A stretch of DNA of 64,000 bases from Spirochaetota bacterium. GTDB taxonomy: Bacteria > Spirochaetota > Spirochaetia > Treponematales > Treponemataceae. The stretch covers positions 1,137-65,136 of the forward strand of contig JAKQSN010000034.1 of assembly GCA_029569885.1 (NCBI GenBank). The letters are read 5' to 3'. The notes under the pieces were generated by a model that ran no database searches, was not told the DNA's origin, and saw nothing but the letters and a program-made list of their open reading frames with translations. Positions 47,151 to 56,524 of the stretch are shown here, piece after piece (position 1 is the stretch's first letter; each line of letters opens with the position of its first letter). A program made the position numbers and the translations under genes.

Positions 47151-47651
47151 CTACTGCTGCGCAGGCGCATCCTTTTTCTTGGCTTCGCTCAGTATCAGGG
47201 CTATGCCGCCGAAGGTGACGGAAAGGTCTGCTACGTTCAGGATGCCGGTTCTGAGCCGTCCGATGCCGAAATTCAAAAAATCAACGACGGCGAAATTATT
47301 GAAGGACCGGTCGATCAGATTGCTCAAGCCGCCGGCGACAATGGTCGTCAGGAGGATGATCCTGAGCGGGTTCCGCTCCCTGAACAGGCAGTACCCGAGA
47401 ACAAACAGGCAAATGCCGACCGGGATGACCAGAAGGAGCGCGTACTTGACCGCGATCGGCCAATTCCTGCCGAGGCTCAGAAAGGCGCCGGTATTTTCGG
47501 TATAGGTGATGATAATGATATCCTTCAGGAATCCTGTCGGAGGCCGGCCCTGTAGATACAGCTCGGCCAACAGCTTTGTGATTCTGTCGGCAGCAAAATT
47601 AACGGCAAATGTGATGCATACAAGCACATACGGTGCAACCGGTTTTTTCAT
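47151..47651 (-). CDS. lspA: lipoprotein signal peptidase II
   Basis: DRITK, NTGAFLS, SNLIDR, VVDF, NVAD. Confidence 0.92.
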   Translation of the reverse strand: MKKPVAPYVLVCITFAVNFAADRITKLLAELYLQGRPPTGFLKDIIIITYTENTGAFLSLGRNWPIAVKYALLLVIPVGICLFVLGYCLFRERNPLRIILLTTIVAGGLSNLIDRSFNNFAVVDFLNFGIGRLRTGILNVADLSVTFGGIALILSEAKKKDAPAQQ

Positions 47652-47808
47652 TTTGCTCCTCTTCCCGGAAGCATCCGTTCCGGAGGTTCATTTTAATCGC
47701 GGCAGGGCATATCGGCAAGCGGACAACGAATCTATCCTGGCAGTAGTTGAGCAGGCTTTAAAATAAAAAAACCGTAACCCTTGAGGATTACGGTTTTTAT
47801 TGAAAAAC

Positions 47809-47947
47809 TGAGCCACGATGGATTCGCCTTCCAGCTCCGCGCATCGTGCGCGTCGCTTCCAGGCCGCCTCAAGGTTCTGTCGCCGCCATCCCTGGCGGCT
47901 TTTCCTCCCCTCGGTCGGCGAACCTTTCGGTTCGAATCCATCGTGGC
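47809..47947. repeat. tRNA 3'-end direct and inverted duplications enclosing a REP-like palindrome
   Basis: 47809-47826 identical to 47993-48010; 47929-47947 is the reverse complement of 47996-48014; GCCGCCATCCCTGGCGGC at 47882-47899. Confidence 0.8.
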
Positions 47948-47953
47948 AAGAAT

Positions 47954-47992
47954 AAAAAAAAAGACCCGAATCTTTCGATTCAGGTCTTTTTT
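47954..47992. terminator. bidirectional intrinsic terminator after tRNA-Lys
   Basis: A tract, GACCCGAATC/GATTCAGGTC stem, T tract. Confidence 0.75.
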
Positions 47993-48065
47993 TGAGCCAC
48001 GATGGATTCGAACCATCGACCCACGCCTTAAAAGGGCGTTGCTCTACCTACTGAGCTAGTGGCCC
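47993..48065 (-). tRNA. tRNA-Lys (UUU)
   Basis: GGGCCACTAGCTCAGTAGGTAGAGCAACGCCCTTTTAAGGCGTGGGTCGATGGTTCGAATCCATCGTGGCTCA; cloverleaf, anticodon TTT, CCA not encoded. Confidence 0.96.
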
Positions 48066-48215
48066 GGTTGTTTGACAACGAAAACGAGAATAGCCTGAAG
48101 GGAGTTTTTTGTCAATATCGAGGGCAAAAAAAATACAAGATAAGCGTGCCGATTTAAAAAGTCGGAAAATTTGAAAGAGCCTCATGCGAGAAATCAGGGG
48201 TGCTGCAGGTTTGGA

Positions 48216-49394
48216 TCAGTATTCCATGCTTATTTGGAGTTCCATGTTTAATAGGGGGCGTTTTCCCGGTTCTCTTCCGAGTTCCCTGCCGTACATGGCA
48301 AAATCGATGGTAAAGAAGGATAAATCCAGTCCAAGACCGGATGACAGGTACGTTTCGCTGATGCCTGCGCGGAGGCTGACTACATCCAGCAGTCGCAATT
48401 CGGTTCCCACAGCGGCTTCGAGCACCGGATTTCTTGCGGCGGGCTTGAAGCGGTCAAGAATGTTCCGGTAATCGGCCATGACACGGAATTCAGTAACGGT
48501 AATCCAGTTTTCCGGCAGGGGAATTCTGATTGTTGCGCCTGCGTCCAGTTCAGGTTCCAGCCGGTCGCTTCTGGTGTCGCCGGCAGGCACTCCGTCAAGG
48601 TAATCGGTGAAGGTTGCATAGCTGGAAATATATACGGGCGTAAATGCGTTACGGCACACAATGCCGACGTTAAGGAGCGATCCGAACCGGTACAGGAGGC
48701 CGGCATCCACTCCGAAGCCGGTTGCCAGTATGGTTGGTATGTTCTGGGGCTTGAAACCTTCGCTGCCGGTAAAGGTAGAAAGTACTGCTATCGCAGTTCC
48801 GGATTCGGTCAGGAAGGTTTGGAAAAAACCCTTGAGCTGCAGTCCAACGGCAAGTGCGTGCTTTTTGTGTGTCAGGACGTCCAGGCCGTAGGCGCCGACA
48901 AGCTGCAGTTCTTCTCCGGCCAGGACAGTTGCGCTTGTAATGGAGGGAATCGAGGCGTTGACTACGCTCCGGTTGAAAAGGCCGAACCCGAAGTTGCGGT
49001 CGACCAGGCCGAACGCAAGCGGACCGGTTATGGACGATCCCAGATGTATTCCTTCGTTTTTACTTATCAGATCCAGGATTCCGTCAGTAAGATCGTCTGC
49101 CTGAAGCACGGATGCCAGGTCGAACAGGGGGCCGGAGGCATTGACTGCCAGCCGGGCGATGGACCATTCCTTGTCTACGGCAGCAAGAGCTGCGGGATTG
49201 GTTGAAAGTGTGTCGAAGCCTGCCTGCATCGAGCTGTATGCTCCGCCAAAGCCGGCAAGCCGGGCTGAGACTATCTCCGGGGTGACCGGAGTGAAGTTCT
49301 GTGCAGCGAGCGGGCTGGCCGATGCCAGGATGAGGGCTATCAGAAGGTGTTTGGCAGTGAAACGGGAGCGAATCAATGGTGTATACGGAATCAT
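48216..49394 (-). CDS. FadL/TraF-like outer-membrane beta-barrel candidate
   Basis: Signal peptide; SARLAGFGGAY...NPAALA plug motif; amphipathic strands; terminal aromatic residue. Confidence 0.65.
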   Translation of the reverse strand: MIPYTPLIRSRFTAKHLLIALILASASPLAAQNFTPVTPEIVSARLAGFGGAYSSMQAGFDTLSTNPAALAAVDKEWSIARLAVNASGPLFDLASVLQADDLTDGILDLISKNEGIHLGSSITGPLAFGLVDRNFGFGLFNRSVVNASIPSITSATVLAGEELQLVGAYGLDVLTHKKHALAVGLQLKGFFQTFLTESGTAIAVLSTFTGSEGFKPQNIPTILATGFGVDAGLLYRFGSLLNVGIVCRNAFTPVYISSYATFTDYLDGVPAGDTRSDRLEPELDAGATIRIPLPENWITVTEFRVMADYRNILDRFKPAARNPVLEAAVGTELRLLDVVSLRAGISETYLSSGLGLDLSFFTIDFAMYGRELGREPGKRPLLNMELQISMEY

Positions 49395-50110
49395 ATCGGA
49401 CTTCCTCCAAGAAGATCTGCCAGATTAAAGCCGCCGATTGAGGCCGCTTCCAGGTCTTCTGCCGAGCGCTGGTCCAGAGCAGTTTTTACATTCAGAACCA
49501 GCTCGATTTTTGCCTGTTGGTCTGCAGGCAGGGCGGAGATGTCCGGATTGTCCTGTTCCAGAATTTCCATGAGAAGACCGGTGCCGATGTCTTTTGCAAC
49601 GTCCGCTGCTACAACAGCCGATGCGAGCACCAGTGTTTCCACCGGTGCCTGTTCGAGTGTTTCCCGATCGGCAAGAAGAGTCTGGACCGCACCTAACTGG
49701 ACGGTGTTGTCGAATGCGTCGAACGCCTGTTCGATAAGCGCGTCCGTGTCGGCGCCGTCGGTACCTGCTTTTGCCGCAATCGCGGTGAGATCGGAGAGCT
49801 TGACTGTTGCAGTTGTCGCCAAGTTGAGGATTGCTGTTTTGTCGTCCAGCGCGAGGTTCGTTATCTCGGTTGTATCTTTTCCGGAAAGAACTTCCAGCAC
49901 TTCTTTTGCAAGGGCGGAATCTCCGGCAGCGTCGGTTTTTGCCAATGCGACCAGATCGCTGGTTTTTGTGCGTGATGAAAGATTGACCGAATCGCGCGCC
50001 AGGGACGCAGCCAGAGAGGTGGTGTACAGCTGCCTGCAGGATGCGCATGATACTGCTGCCACTATTCCCGCGATTGCCAGTGCGAGGGGCATCGGCGTGA
50101 TGCGTTTCAT
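49391..50110 (-). CDS. hypothetical helical lipoprotein
   Basis: Lipobox-like AAVSCASC; acidic and Ala-rich; 4-bp overlap with the barrel gene. Confidence 0.7.
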   Translation of the reverse strand: MKRITPMPLALAIAGIVAAVSCASCRQLYTTSLAASLARDSVNLSSRTKTSDLVALAKTDAAGDSALAKEVLEVLSGKDTTEITNLALDDKTAILNLATTATVKLSDLTAIAAKAGTDGADTDALIEQAFDAFDNTVQLGAVQTLLADRETLEQAPVETLVLASAVVAADVAKDIGTGLLMEILEQDNPDISALPADQQAKIELVLNVKTALDQRSAEDLEAASIGGFNLADLLGGSPI

Positions 50111-50169
50111 ATCTGGCCTCCTTGTTTCAGTTTAAACCATGATCCGGTAAAGCTCAACCGGAAATCTTT

Positions 50170-51567
50170 TTATTGCGCGCACGTTCGGCTCAATCGGGCG
50201 ATTCCGGGCGAGTCGAGCTGTACCCGGATTTCGCTTCCGGGATGGGGTTCCGGTGTTGCTGTGCCCGGCGGCAGGAGCAGTTCGGCTTCGAGATAGTTTT
50301 CGGTAAGGATGTGGATAGATCCGTTTCCTGTTTTTTTTTCGACGATGGCTGCGAGTTCTTTTCCGATCCAGGATTCGGTGTAGTGGCGGCGGTTTTCCTG
50401 GGCAAGGGCGGTGAGTCTGTCAACCCGTTCTGTTGCGATTCGTTCCGGTATGTGCGGTTTCATGCTCCAGGCTTCTGTGCCTGGCCGGGGCGAGAAGGGA
50501 AAGGCGTGGATCCATGCGAATTCGGCTGTTTTGCAGAGGGTGAGGGTGTGTTCGAAATCTTCGTCTGTTTCGCCGGGATATCCGGCGATGATGTCGCAGG
50601 CGAGGAAGGGATTTTTCTTGACTGTGCGGAGGATGGATACGGCTTGTGCGACATCTTGTGCGCGGTAGGGTCTTCGCATGCTTTCCAGGATGCGGTCGCT
50701 GCCGGATTGGACGGAAAGGTGGAAATGGGGACGGATGCGCGGGTTGGTCAGGATGGGTGCGAGTTCGGCGTTGACCCGTTCGGGATAGAGGCTTGATATG
50801 CGTATTGCGATAGAGTCTGTTTTGTCGAGGATGCGGGCGAGCAGTCCTGCGAAGTCGATGCCCCGGGAGCGGTACTGCGAGAGGTTGACTCCGGTCAGGA
50901 CGACTTCTTTCCATCCGGCGATTTCGATGCGGCGGATTCGTTCGATCGCTTCTGCGGCGTCTATGGAGACCGATTTGCCCCGGGCCAGGCGGATGCGGCA
51001 GTAGGAGCAGGCGTTGTTGCATCCGTCCTGGATTTTTATTGAGGCGCGGGAATGGGCGATGAAGGTGTCGGTAGCCAGTGCGAAGGTGTGGGATGTTTGG
51101 CCGTCTGTTTCCCGGGCCCGGGTGCAGAAGGATTCGAGTATTGCCTTGACGGGCTCTCCGGGATTGCGGGTTTCCCGTTCCAGAAGGAATTCGGGAAGTT
51201 CGGCGAGTGCTCCTTTGACGGAGCCCGGGAAGACGATGACGCGGGGATCGATTGCGGCGATAGAGGCCTGTTCGACTTCGGCGTAGCAGCCGGTGACCAG
51301 GACGGGAGAGGCCGGATATTTGCGCAGAAGAAGCCTGATGAGTCTGCGCGCCTTCTGTTCTGCCTTACCGGTTACCGTACAGGTGTTGATAATAGATAAA
51401 ATCGGTATACCTACCGGTAGGTATACTGCGCTGTCGCTTTGATTGTCGCCCGAGGTTTCTCTTCCAAGGTCCGGCTTAAAACCGGCTTTGCTGAAGGCAT
51501 CTGCTATGGATTCTGTTTCAATCTGGTTTAGCTTGCAGCCGAGCGTTTCGAAATGGATGATTTCCAT
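50170..51567 (-). CDS. mtaB: tRNA t6A37 methylthiotransferase
   Basis: TLGCKLNQIE, INTCTVT, TGCYA, radical SAM CNNACSYC, FSPRPGT. Confidence 0.9.
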   Translation of the reverse strand: MEIIHFETLGCKLNQIETESIADAFSKAGFKPDLGRETSGDNQSDSAVYLPVGIPILSIINTCTVTGKAEQKARRLIRLLLRKYPASPVLVTGCYAEVEQASIAAIDPRVIVFPGSVKGALAELPEFLLERETRNPGEPVKAILESFCTRARETDGQTSHTFALATDTFIAHSRASIKIQDGCNNACSYCRIRLARGKSVSIDAAEAIERIRRIEIAGWKEVVLTGVNLSQYRSRGIDFAGLLARILDKTDSIAIRISSLYPERVNAELAPILTNPRIRPHFHLSVQSGSDRILESMRRPYRAQDVAQAVSILRTVKKNPFLACDIIAGYPGETDEDFEHTLTLCKTAEFAWIHAFPFSPRPGTEAWSMKPHIPERIATERVDRLTALAQENRRHYTESWIGKELAAIVEKKTGNGSIHILTENYLEAELLLPPGTATPEPHPGSEIRVQLDSPGIARLSRTCAQ

Positions 51568-51593
51568 AGTAGTACCTGCAATGGAGGCGGCGG

Positions 51594-52214
51594 TCAGAGT
51601 GCAGCCAAAACACGGGCTTTTCCGCGCGAAGCATCCTGCAGGCTGGAATCAAGCTCCAGCGCCCTGTTATAGGCTTCAAGAGACTGCCGGTATTCTTTTG
51701 CCATTTCCCGTGCATACCCCAGTCGCACCCACCAAGCCGCCTTTGTTTTTTCTAGCTCGACTGCGGTAGAGAAGGCAATGTCCGCATGGCGGAATTGTCC
51801 CTGCCGCAGATAGATTTCTCCCATAAATGCGTATGTGCTGGAAATGCGGGTTCCGTTCGGTGCGTTGCTTATATATTCCTGAAAAAGACGCAGGGCTTGT
51901 TCGTTCAAACCAAGATAAAAGCGCGCTTCTGCCTGTATTTCGATAAGGCGGGGGTCATAGCGGGATATGGTTCTCCCTTTCTCGGCCCAGGTTTCCGCCT
52001 CCTGGTATCGGCCGGCGGCGACAAGCGCCCAGCATAAAACGACATGGCTTTCCAGGCTGGACGGATTTGCGGTGATTTCTTCGAGGCACACAGCAATCGA
52101 TTCTGCGTACTGTGCCTGGCGATACAACACCAGCGCGTCTTTTTTGGTTTGACCGGCTGCGGGAGAAAGTATGGCGACAACGAGCACTGCAGCGTAAAAG
52201 AGCGTACGAAGCAT
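51594..52214 (-). CDS. TPR repeat protein with a signal peptide
   Basis: Repeated TPR consensus (e.g. AWWVRLGYA...AYNRALELD). Confidence 0.85.
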   Translation of the reverse strand: MLRTLFYAAVLVVAILSPAAGQTKKDALVLYRQAQYAESIAVCLEEITANPSSLESHVVLCWALVAAGRYQEAETWAEKGRTISRYDPRLIEIQAEARFYLGLNEQALRLFQEYISNAPNGTRISSTYAFMGEIYLRQGQFRHADIAFSTAVELEKTKAAWWVRLGYAREMAKEYRQSLEAYNRALELDSSLQDASRGKARVLAAL

Positions 52215-52217
52215 TCT

Positions 52218-52577
52218 TTACCTGTTCATGGTGCAAATGCCGCTGAAAAAGCATCCGCTTTCCAGTACAACTTCGGGTGCGGAAATATCTCCGTGCAAGC
52301 TTCCGGAACTGAATACATGCACCATCTGCTGTGCTTCTACGTTTCCTTCGACGGAGCCTTTGATGACGACTCGTTTTGCCTTGATTTCCGCTTTGACGCT
52401 GGCCCCTTTTTCGATGAGCAGGTCGCTGGTTGCATCAATTTTTCCGGTGACGGTGCCTTTGATCATAAAGGGTTCTTCGAAGTTGATCGTGCCGGTAAAA
52501 TCTATATCGGGGGAAAGTACGGTATCGTAATCTTCTTCATCCAGGTCAAGAAGGTCGTTATCTGTATTGTCTACCAT
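52218..52577 (-). CDS. bactofilin (polymer-forming cytoskeletal protein)
   Basis: TVLSPDIDFTGTI...IKGSVEGNVEA...GSLHGDISAPEVVLESGCFFSG beta-helix pattern. Confidence 0.9.
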   Translation of the reverse strand: MVDNTDNDLLDLDEEDYDTVLSPDIDFTGTINFEEPFMIKGTVTGKIDATSDLLIEKGASVKAEIKAKRVVIKGSVEGNVEAQQMVHVFSSGSLHGDISAPEVVLESGCFFSGICTMNR

Positions 52578-52588
52578 AATTTAAGATA

Positions 52589-53323
52589 CTAGCCGTCTTT
52601 GGAGAGATCGGTCAAGCTGGTACAGACGGTATTCCAGGCATCCATGAAGTCCGAACGCATCCCGGGGGCATACGGATTCAGTGTCTGCATGTCGAAAAAC
52701 AGTTCCGGCGAATCTTTGGCAACCTGTCTGCAAATTGCAAGCAATTTCCGGTACCAGAGCGTACCGATCGGGGTTTCATCTATCCCCATGGCATTGAGCG
52801 TTCGTCCGATCATGTGCGTTAATGCCTGGCTCATTGCGGCCTGGCGATCGTGTTCTTCGGGTGTCATTTCGACGACCATGATACCGAGCGATCTGAAGTA
52901 GTGCAGCCACTCCTGATACCGGGCGTCGGCCATTCGTACGGGATGCATCATCATTGGAAGACCAGAAAGGCCTTCCTTTGCCGATTCGGGGCCGAACATG
53001 GGGTGCGTTGCCATGATTTCCACCGATTTGGGCAGGCGTTCCTTCATCCATCGTACCGGTTCCATTTTGACGGAACAGGTGTCAATGACGAGCGTTCCCG
53101 GTTTGAGGCGGCTGGCCATCCGGTCCAGCATCTCGGGCATGGTTCGTATGGGTACGCACAGGAAGAGTACCGGAAGCGTGCACAGTTCATCGAAAGACAG
53201 CAGCTCGCAGGGCGGCTGTGCAGGAATTGTTCTGGTATATCCGTACACTTCCCAGCCGTGTGCAAGAACCCGTGTCCAGAACGTACCAAAGCGGCCAAGT
53301 CCGATGATTCCAGTCTTGTTCAT
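52589..53323 (-). CDS. tyrA: prephenate/arogenate dehydrogenase
   Basis: GIIGLGRFG, DTCSVK, HPMFGP, EEHDRQAAMSQALTH. Confidence 0.88.
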   Translation of the reverse strand: MNKTGIIGLGRFGTFWTRVLAHGWEVYGYTRTIPAQPPCELLSFDELCTLPVLFLCVPIRTMPEMLDRMASRLKPGTLVIDTCSVKMEPVRWMKERLPKSVEIMATHPMFGPESAKEGLSGLPMMMHPVRMADARYQEWLHYFRSLGIMVVEMTPEEHDRQAAMSQALTHMIGRTLNAMGIDETPIGTLWYRKLLAICRQVAKDSPELFFDMQTLNPYAPGMRSDFMDAWNTVCTSLTDLSKDG

Positions 53324-53439
53324 GAGTGCAGGCTAAAGGCAACTGGCCGGGGATGTCAATCGGTACTCCCTTGCGGAAAACGTTCGCGAAGAGTATCCTG
53401 TAGTTCGACTTTTTGAACAATTTATTAGGAGATAACGAT

Positions 53440-54444
53440 ATGCAATTCATCGAATCCATGAAAGCGACTGCAGTCGCGTATCAGAACCGGCTGGTTTTGC
53501 CGGAAGGAACCGAACCGCGCACCGTGCAGGCAGCCCGAAAAATTATCGACGCGAAAATCGCACAGGAAGTAATCCTGCTCGGTGAAGAGTCTGCGGTTGC
53601 ATCGGTTGCCAAAGCTGCCTCTGTCAGCCTCGACGGCATTACCGTGATCAATCCCGCAACCTCGGCTCTGCTCGCCGATTTCGCCGCTGCATACTATGAA
53701 AAGCGCAAAGCCAAGGGAATGACTCCGGAGCAGGCTAAAATCGATATGGCCGGAAGCCTCCGCTTCGGCGCGATGATGGTGCGTAATGATCTTGCCGACT
53801 CCATGGTTGCCGGAGCCGAGAATACCACCGCCGACGTGCTTCGCGCTGGTCTTACCGTTATCGGTACTGCTCCCGGAACGAAAACGGCCTCTTCCTGCTT
53901 TGTGATGCAAATGAAAGACTCCTCCTGGGGTTCGAACGGTCTGATGATTTTCTCCGACTGCGCCGTTATTCCCACTCCGTCCAGCGAACAGCTCGCAGAC
54001 ATTGCGGTATCTGCGGCGAAAAGCTGCCGCGAGTTCATCGGAACCGATCCGGTTGTTGCGCTTCTTTCGTTTTCCACAAAGGGCTCAGGCGGCAAGGACG
54101 AAAATGTGCTTCGCGTGCAGGAAGCCGTCCGCCTGCTTGGCGAGCGGAAACCCGATTTCGCCTTTGACGGTGAACTGCAGGCCGATGCCGCCCTCGTACC
54201 CTCAGTTACGCAAAAGAAAGCTCCGGGCAGCCCGATAACCGGAAAAGTCAATACAATCGTATTCCCCGATCTTGGAGCCGGAAACATAGGCTACAAGCTT
54301 GTCCAGCGGCTCGCTGGAGCGGAAGCCTACGGTCCCTTCCTGCAGGGCTTTGCCAAACCCATTTCCGATCTTTCGCGGGGGTGCTCTGTTGAGGATATTG
54401 TCGTGACTGCAGCGGTTACCCTGGTCCAGGCCGGAAAGCGCTGA
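53440..54444 (+). CDS. pta: phosphate acetyltransferase
   Basis: LVLPEGTEPR, FSDCA, ALLSFSTKGS, DGELQADAA, FPDLGAGNIGYK, DLSRG. Confidence 0.95.
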   Translation: MQFIESMKATAVAYQNRLVLPEGTEPRTVQAARKIIDAKIAQEVILLGEESAVASVAKAASVSLDGITVINPATSALLADFAAAYYEKRKAKGMTPEQAKIDMAGSLRFGAMMVRNDLADSMVAGAENTTADVLRAGLTVIGTAPGTKTASSCFVMQMKDSSWGSNGLMIFSDCAVIPTPSSEQLADIAVSAAKSCREFIGTDPVVALLSFSTKGSGGKDENVLRVQEAVRLLGERKPDFAFDGELQADAALVPSVTQKKAPGSPITGKVNTIVFPDLGAGNIGYKLVQRLAGAEAYGPFLQGFAKPISDLSRGCSVEDIVVTAAVTLVQAGKR

Positions 54445-54455
54445 GACCAGGAGAT

Positions 54456-56393
54456 ATGGGAACCAGTTCTTTTCAGGCACAGTTCAAGCGCGTACTGGAG
54501 GCCGGGCAGAAACGCGACTACAAGAAAGCAATCATCCTTCTTGAAGACATGGCTGCCCGCGGCCTTGCCGAGGAACATCCTGAAATTCTTCTGTACCTTG
54601 CGCGCTCATGGCATTCAGAATCCATGTTTGCCCGAGCCGTCAGTTGCGCCCGTTCATATCTTGCCCTCAGTCCGGAAGACGGCGCCGGCTGGTTTTTTTT
54701 GGGCCGGTCGCTGTTTTCAAACGGCGATTTCGAACGATCGGTTCATGCGTTCAGAAAAAGCCTGGAATACAATCCGGTATCGATCGATGCCCGCACCATG
54801 CTGGGCTTTGCGCTGCTCAAATGCCGCAAGCCTTCACTTGCCCGCTCCATATTCGAACAGGCGCTGAACGACGATCCGGACAACGAAAAGCTGAACCAGG
54901 GATATCGCAATGCCCTGTTTGTCGAGGCCGTGCGAACCTACCGCAGGGGCGATGCGGAAACAGCCCGTCAGATGCTCACGTTTTTAATCAATAACGATAT
55001 CGACGGCGTCGTTCCCCGCCTGTATCTGGGGCATGCGCTCCGCGATCTTGGGTACACGGCCGAGGCGATGGGGCAGTACGAAGCTGCAATGATGTTTGCT
55101 CCCGACGATCCGTCTCTTGTCTGGTATCCGGTTTCGGCACTGGTACAGAGCGGAAATATGGAGGGCGCACTCAGATTGATGCAGGACCGCGGTCTGTCTG
55201 CGGGGGCGGAAGATCCATCCGGGCCGGCTGTCCTGCTGACTATCATCAAAAACCATATAGACAGGGAAGAATGGTCCGGGGCTGTAGAAGCGTCCCGGTC
55301 TTTTATCAAAGCGCATGGAGATTCTGCCCAGGTTCAGTCTCTCATGGCCGAGGCTTTCAGAAATCTGGGAAACACGCACCTTGCGCTTGCGCACTTTCGC
55401 CGCGCGCTTTCGCTCGACCGCAGCAATCCTTCGCCGCATTACGGGATTTTGATGGTACACATCGGCATGCGCGACTGGGTGTCTTTAGCCGCCGCGGTTG
55501 CAGAGGCGGCCAAAGCCGGCTGCGATCCTGATGCGTTATCTTTGTACCGAGTTCTTGCCCGTTCCCACCTCGACATTCCTCCCGAAGATATTCTTTCTGA
55601 AATTCAACAGGAAATCCATACCGCCGGTGCTATTCCCGAACTGTTCCTTGCGCTCGCCCTTACGTATTACCGTCTGGGACTCCCCGACCTCGCTTCCGGC
55701 TGGTATCACAAAGCGCTGGAAATTGATCCGGACGACGAAGAAGCGAGCATCGGATTTATTGCCTGTTGCGAAGCGCTGCTTACCGATGGCGGATCCGACA
55801 GGGCGTCCACATCTTCTCGTGCCAAGACATTGGAAAACGCGTATCAGGCGTATCTTGAGCGCTGGAGCGACAATACCGCAATCCGGCGCGACTACATCAG
55901 GTTTCTTGCGGATCGTGAGCGGTGGGGCGAAGCTGCGGATGCAACTGAACAGCTCCTCTCGGGTGAGCGTTCTGCTGCATTGGAACGGCAGCTTGCCCTG
56001 TTCAGGAGAAAGGCGGGGCAGTATCGGCAGGCAGCTATTCTGTACCGGGAACAGCTCCGGTCGGACCCGGAAAACCGTACGCTTCTTGCCAATCTGGTGT
56101 TTTGTCTCGATCGTATGGGCAATTCTGATTCAGCTTTAAAACTGATGCAGAAAGCCAATCGAGTTTTCAAGCCAGACGCAAATGCACTGCTTATCGAGGG
56201 GCGCCTTCTCGATCACGCAGGTGAACATGATCAGGCTCTTGAAACATTCCGGAAAGCCGTTGACCTTTTCCCCGGTGATTTTCGCTGTTGGGACGAGATT
56301 GCTGCAGTGTACGAAAAGAGAAATATTCATGAGATGGCCGCAGTCTATCGACAAAAAGCTCGTGATGTCGCAAAAAAAGCGGTTGTTCGTTAG
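54456..56393 (+). CDS. large TPR repeat protein
   Basis: Multiple TPR-like helical repeats over 645 aa. Confidence 0.82.
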   Translation: MGTSSFQAQFKRVLEAGQKRDYKKAIILLEDMAARGLAEEHPEILLYLARSWHSESMFARAVSCARSYLALSPEDGAGWFFLGRSLFSNGDFERSVHAFRKSLEYNPVSIDARTMLGFALLKCRKPSLARSIFEQALNDDPDNEKLNQGYRNALFVEAVRTYRRGDAETARQMLTFLINNDIDGVVPRLYLGHALRDLGYTAEAMGQYEAAMMFAPDDPSLVWYPVSALVQSGNMEGALRLMQDRGLSAGAEDPSGPAVLLTIIKNHIDREEWSGAVEASRSFIKAHGDSAQVQSLMAEAFRNLGNTHLALAHFRRALSLDRSNPSPHYGILMVHIGMRDWVSLAAAVAEAAKAGCDPDALSLYRVLARSHLDIPPEDILSEIQQEIHTAGAIPELFLALALTYYRLGLPDLASGWYHKALEIDPDDEEASIGFIACCEALLTDGGSDRASTSSRAKTLENAYQAYLERWSDNTAIRRDYIRFLADRERWGEAADATEQLLSGERSAALERQLALFRRKAGQYRQAAILYREQLRSDPENRTLLANLVFCLDRMGNSDSALKLMQKANRVFKPDANALLIEGRLLDHAGEHDQALETFRKAVDLFPGDFRCWDEIAAVYEKRNIHEMAAVYRQKARDVAKKAVVR

Positions 56394-56524
56394 TTCTGCT
56401 TAAGTAGCTTCAGTATTTATTTACAGAAAAAAAGAAATTATATTCTTTTTATTGCATAAATATGCGCTGATGCAATATACTGCTAAAGCGTTTTACCCTA
56501 TACGCAAAATGGAGGAGATTTTTT

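Noticed and set aside
47809-48065. Intact prophage or genomic island at tRNA-Lys
   Set aside because: Only ~170 bp lie between the direct repeats and there is no integrase in the window.
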